A DNA stretch of 49,381 nt. Origin: Actinomycetota bacterium (lineage in GTDB: Bacteria; Actinomycetota; Humimicrobiia; Humimicrobiales; Humimicrobiaceae). The DNA lies in the NCBI GenBank assembly GCA_014894375.1, contig JADBLP010000056.1:1-49381 (forward strand), given 5' to 3'. The notes beneath the pieces are model-generated. The model saw only the letters and a program-made list of their open reading frames with translations, did no database searches and was not told where the DNA came from. Below are positions 46,845-49,381 of this stretch, piece after piece (positions within the stretch are counted from its first letter, which is position 1; each line of letters starts with the position of its first letter). The translations under genes were made by a program, and so were the position numbers.

Positions 46845-49381
46845 ATGAAACAGATATTAAGTGATAATTGGTTTTTAATTTGCTCAAAAGATCTAAATGA
46901 CTATGGAGAAACCATATCCAGACCAGGGTATGTACACGATAAATGGTATCCCACAAGTATTCCAAACACTGTCGTTGCAGCCCTGGTAGATAACAAAATC
47001 TATGATGACCCCTATTTTGGACTAAATTTGTTAAAAATTCCTGGTTACAAGAAAGACCGAAATATCAATTTTTCACTACAATACAAGCCAGAAGAGAGCC
47101 CCTTTAGAAAATCCTGGTGGTATAGGACTGAATTTGTTATAGATAGTTCCCTTCAGGGGCAACAATTCTGGCTTAACTTTCGCGGAATTAATTATTCTGC
47201 AAATATCTGGCTCAATGGTAAAAGAATTGCCAGTACCGATTATGTGAACGGAACCTTTCGACTGTATGATTTTGATATCACTCATTTTGTGTTGGTCGGG
47301 GGGAAAAATGCCATGGCTGTTGAAGTCTTTTCACCGGAACCCGATGATCTGGCAATAACCTTTATTGACTGGGCACCAGGCATGCCGGATGATAACATGG
47401 GGATCTGGCAGCCTATAATTTTATATTCTTCTGGACCGGTTGCTTTAAAAAATACATTTGTCCACACACGGCTCAATACCACTACACTGGATGAAGCAGA
47501 ACTAGTGATTGAAACTGAGATAGTTAATACTCAGGATCACACAATAGAGACAGAAATTGAATGCACCATAGAAAATATAACGTTTAATAAACACATTACA
47601 GTCGACTCCCTGTCTACGAACAAACTCATTTTCACTCACCATGAATTCCCCCAATTAAAAATAAGAAATCCCCGCTTATGGTGGCCATATCAATTAGGGA
47701 AGCCGGAATTGTACGAACTCAGAATGATTTTAAAGACCAAAGATAATGTTTCAGACAGCACAAACATTACTTTTGGAATTCGCGAAATTAAGACAGTCAC
47801 TAACGAACATGAAGCACTATTATTTCTCATTAATGGTAAAGAATTACTAATCCGGGGAACTGCATGGTCTCCCGATTTAATGTTACGTCAATCAAAGAGA
47901 CAGGATGAAATTGATATTGATTTTCTAATTAATTTAAATATGAATGCAGTACGCATGGAAGGGAAACTGGCTACTGACTATTTCTGGGATCTATGCGATC
48001 AAAAAGGTATACTTGTGCTTGCCGGCTGGCCTTGCTGTAATCATTTTGAAAAATGGGATATCTGGAAATATGGTGATATTAATGTAGCCAGGGAATCCGA
48101 GAGATCTCAGATTTTGCGTTTACGGAATCATCCCTCATTTGCTGCCTGGTTTTATGGAAGTGATTTTCCGCCTCCTGAAAATGTGGAACGAGTCTATCTG
48201 GAAGTTTTACAGGAGACTTATAATAATTTGCCAAGAATTTCAAGTGCATCACATAAACCATCAAAACTTGCAGGTGTTACCGGGGTCAAGATGACCGGTC
48301 CTTATTCGTATGTGCCTCCGATATACTGGTATGATCAGGAAAGACAGGGGTATGCGGAGCGCTTTAACACTGAAACCTGTCCGGATGTTTGCATTCCCAT
48401 AATGGAAAGTATAGAAAAGATGCTCCCCAGGGATCAATTATATGTTGGAAGCGAGGCATGGAATCATCATACCGGAGTCGGAGACGAGTTTAATAATACT
48501 AAAAAAATTGATGAAGCAATTTCAAAACGCTATGGTCAACCAAAAGATCTGTCCGACTATTTGAAAACAGCCCAGGTTCTGGGATATGAAAGCTGGAGAG
48601 CAATGTATGAAGCGCATAACCGAAATTTTCCCAAGGCAACTGGTATTATCGGCTGGATGCATAATAGTCCCTGGCCAAGTCTTATCTGGCAATTATATGA
48701 TTATTTTCTAAATCCGAACGGCGCATTTTTCGGTACAAAAAAGGCCTGTGAACCTTTACATATTCAATATTCATATGACGATCATTCAATCTGGATTATT
48801 AATAATGAGCTGAAAGATTATCCAAACTCAAAAGTTTTCATTAAAATGTATAACTCTGATTTGACAGAAAAACTATCTACAGATTTAACAGTCAACATCG
48901 AAAAGGAGAAAAGGGAGAAAATTTTTACTTTACCCACGATTAACGATCTCTCAGTAGTCTATTTTTTAAAACTCAGTATCGAAAAGAACCAAATTGTAAA
49001 GAGCACACAATTATACTGGTTGACGACAAATAAGGATATTTTTACAGGTGAATATTTCTGGTATTATTCTCCCCTTAAAACTCACGCAGACATGAGTTTG
49101 ATAAGAAAAATGCCCCGCGCACATATAGATGCTGTTTTAAATGTGGAAAAGATAAATAATACTTATTATGTAACTGTAACAATCACAAATTCAGGTGAAT
49201 ATCTGGCTTTTTTTATCTGGATCAAATTATATAACAAAAATACAAACAAGATTATTGCCCCGGTTTTCTGGAGCGATAACTGTGTCTCACTATTTCCATC
49301 TGAATCAGTTCAGATAAAAGCTATGGTCCCGGAAGATTTCACCGATGGTGACATTATTGTTAAAACAGAAGGCTGGAACTG
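46845..49381 (+). CDS. glycoside hydrolase family 2 protein (beta-mannosidase / exo-beta-D-glucosaminidase-like), 3'-truncated by window edge
   Basis: Missing from the ORF track because it has no stop in the window. The frame is open from ATG 46845 to 49381 (~845 aa): MKQILSDNWF...SWWYRTEF...FWLNFRGINYSANIWLNGKRI...NPRLWWPYQLG...NAVRMEGK...HPSFAAWFYGSD. No signal peptide. Confidence 0.8.
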   Translation, partial: MKQILSDNWFLICSKDLNDYGETISRPGYVHDKWYPTSIPNTVVAALVDNKIYDDPYFGLNLLKIPGYKKDRNINFSLQYKPEESPFRKSWWYRTEFVIDSSLQGQQFWLNFRGINYSANIWLNGKRIASTDYVNGTFRLYDFDITHFVLVGGKNAMAVEVFSPEPDDLAITFIDWAPGMPDDNMGIWQPIILYSSGPVALKNTFVHTRLNTTTLDEAELVIETEIVNTQDHTIETEIECTIENITFNKHITVDSLSTNKLIFTHHEFPQLKIRNPRLWWPYQLGKPELYELRMILKTKDNVSDSTNITFGIREIKTVTNEHEALLFLINGKELLIRGTAWSPDLMLRQSKRQDEIDIDFLINLNMNAVRMEGKLATDYFWDLCDQKGILVLAGWPCCNHFEKWDIWKYGDINVARESERSQILRLRNHPSFAAWFYGSDFPPPENVERVYLEVLQETYNNLPRISSASHKPSKLAGVTGVKMTGPYSYVPPIYWYDQERQGYAERFNTETCPDVCIPIMESIEKMLPRDQLYVGSEAWNHHTGVGDEFNNTKKIDEAISKRYGQPKDLSDYLKTAQVLGYESWRAMYEAHNRNFPKATGIIGWMHNSPWPSLIWQLYDYFLNPNGAFFGTKKACEPLHIQYSYDDHSIWIINNELKDYPNSKVFIKMYNSDLTEKLSTDLTVNIEKEKREKIFTLPTINDLSVVYFLKLSIEKNQIVKSTQLYWLTTNKDIFTGEYFWYYSPLKTHADMSLIRKMPRAHIDAVLNVEKINNTYYVTVTITNSGEYLAFFIWIKLYNKNTNKIIAPVFWSDNCVSLFPSESVQIKAMVPEDFTDGDIIVKTEGWN

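Noticed and set aside
46845-49381. Apparent lack of any + strand ORF in the track over the last 2.5 kb, suggesting a pseudogene or non-coding region. Minus-strand ORFs are listed at 47076-47482 and 48079-48264.
   Set aside because: Reading the sequence shows one uninterrupted + strand frame from ATG 46845 to the window edge with GH2 motifs. The track omitted it because no stop codon falls in the window. The minus-strand ORFs are shadows.

Overview
AT-rich bacterial chromosomal window (roughly one-third G+C by eye, not computed), almost entirely core housekeeping genes under the standard code. 1-16.7 kb holds the tail of tuf, then an uninterrupted S10-spc-alpha ribosomal protein supercluster (rpsJ to rplQ, including secY-adk-map-infA-rpmJ), then truA-rplM-rpsI. 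16.7-21.8 kb holds a second alanine-racemase-fold PLP enzyme, acpS, nnr, a CBS-pair protein and alr. 21.8-25 kb holds small envelope proteins (lipoprotein, PLDc_N membrane protein, YtxH-like), a YhhQ-type queuosine-precursor transporter and a DUF1287 protein. 25.1-29.8 kb holds an Rrf2 regulator plus a metY-cysK-metX-metW direct-sulfhydrylation cluster. 29.8-36.2 kb (minus strand) holds a TPR/SLT lytic transglycosylase and nadA-nadB-nadC. 36.5-40.7 kb holds a type IA topoisomerase whose 3' end overlaps the alpha-subunit gene of a two-subunit class I Fe-S hydro-lyase (fumarase/tartrate dehydratase type); the beta-subunit gene is convergent and overlaps alpha tail-to-tail. 41.0-45.3 kb is a 1427-aa fusion of two HgdC/BcrAD-type activase ATPase domains with dehydratase-like domains. 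A DagK-family lipid kinase and a 3'-truncated GH2 glycosidase follow. I saw no rRNA, tRNA, CRISPR array, transposase/integrase or recognisable defence or toxin-antitoxin genes. I do not find a convincing self-contained novel multi-gene system. The best follow-up candidates are the orphan activase/dehydratase-like mega-fusion, the convergent overlapping hydro-lyase subunit genes, infA with an apparent AUU start, a Topo III-like type IA topoisomerase, and the missing L30 gene.
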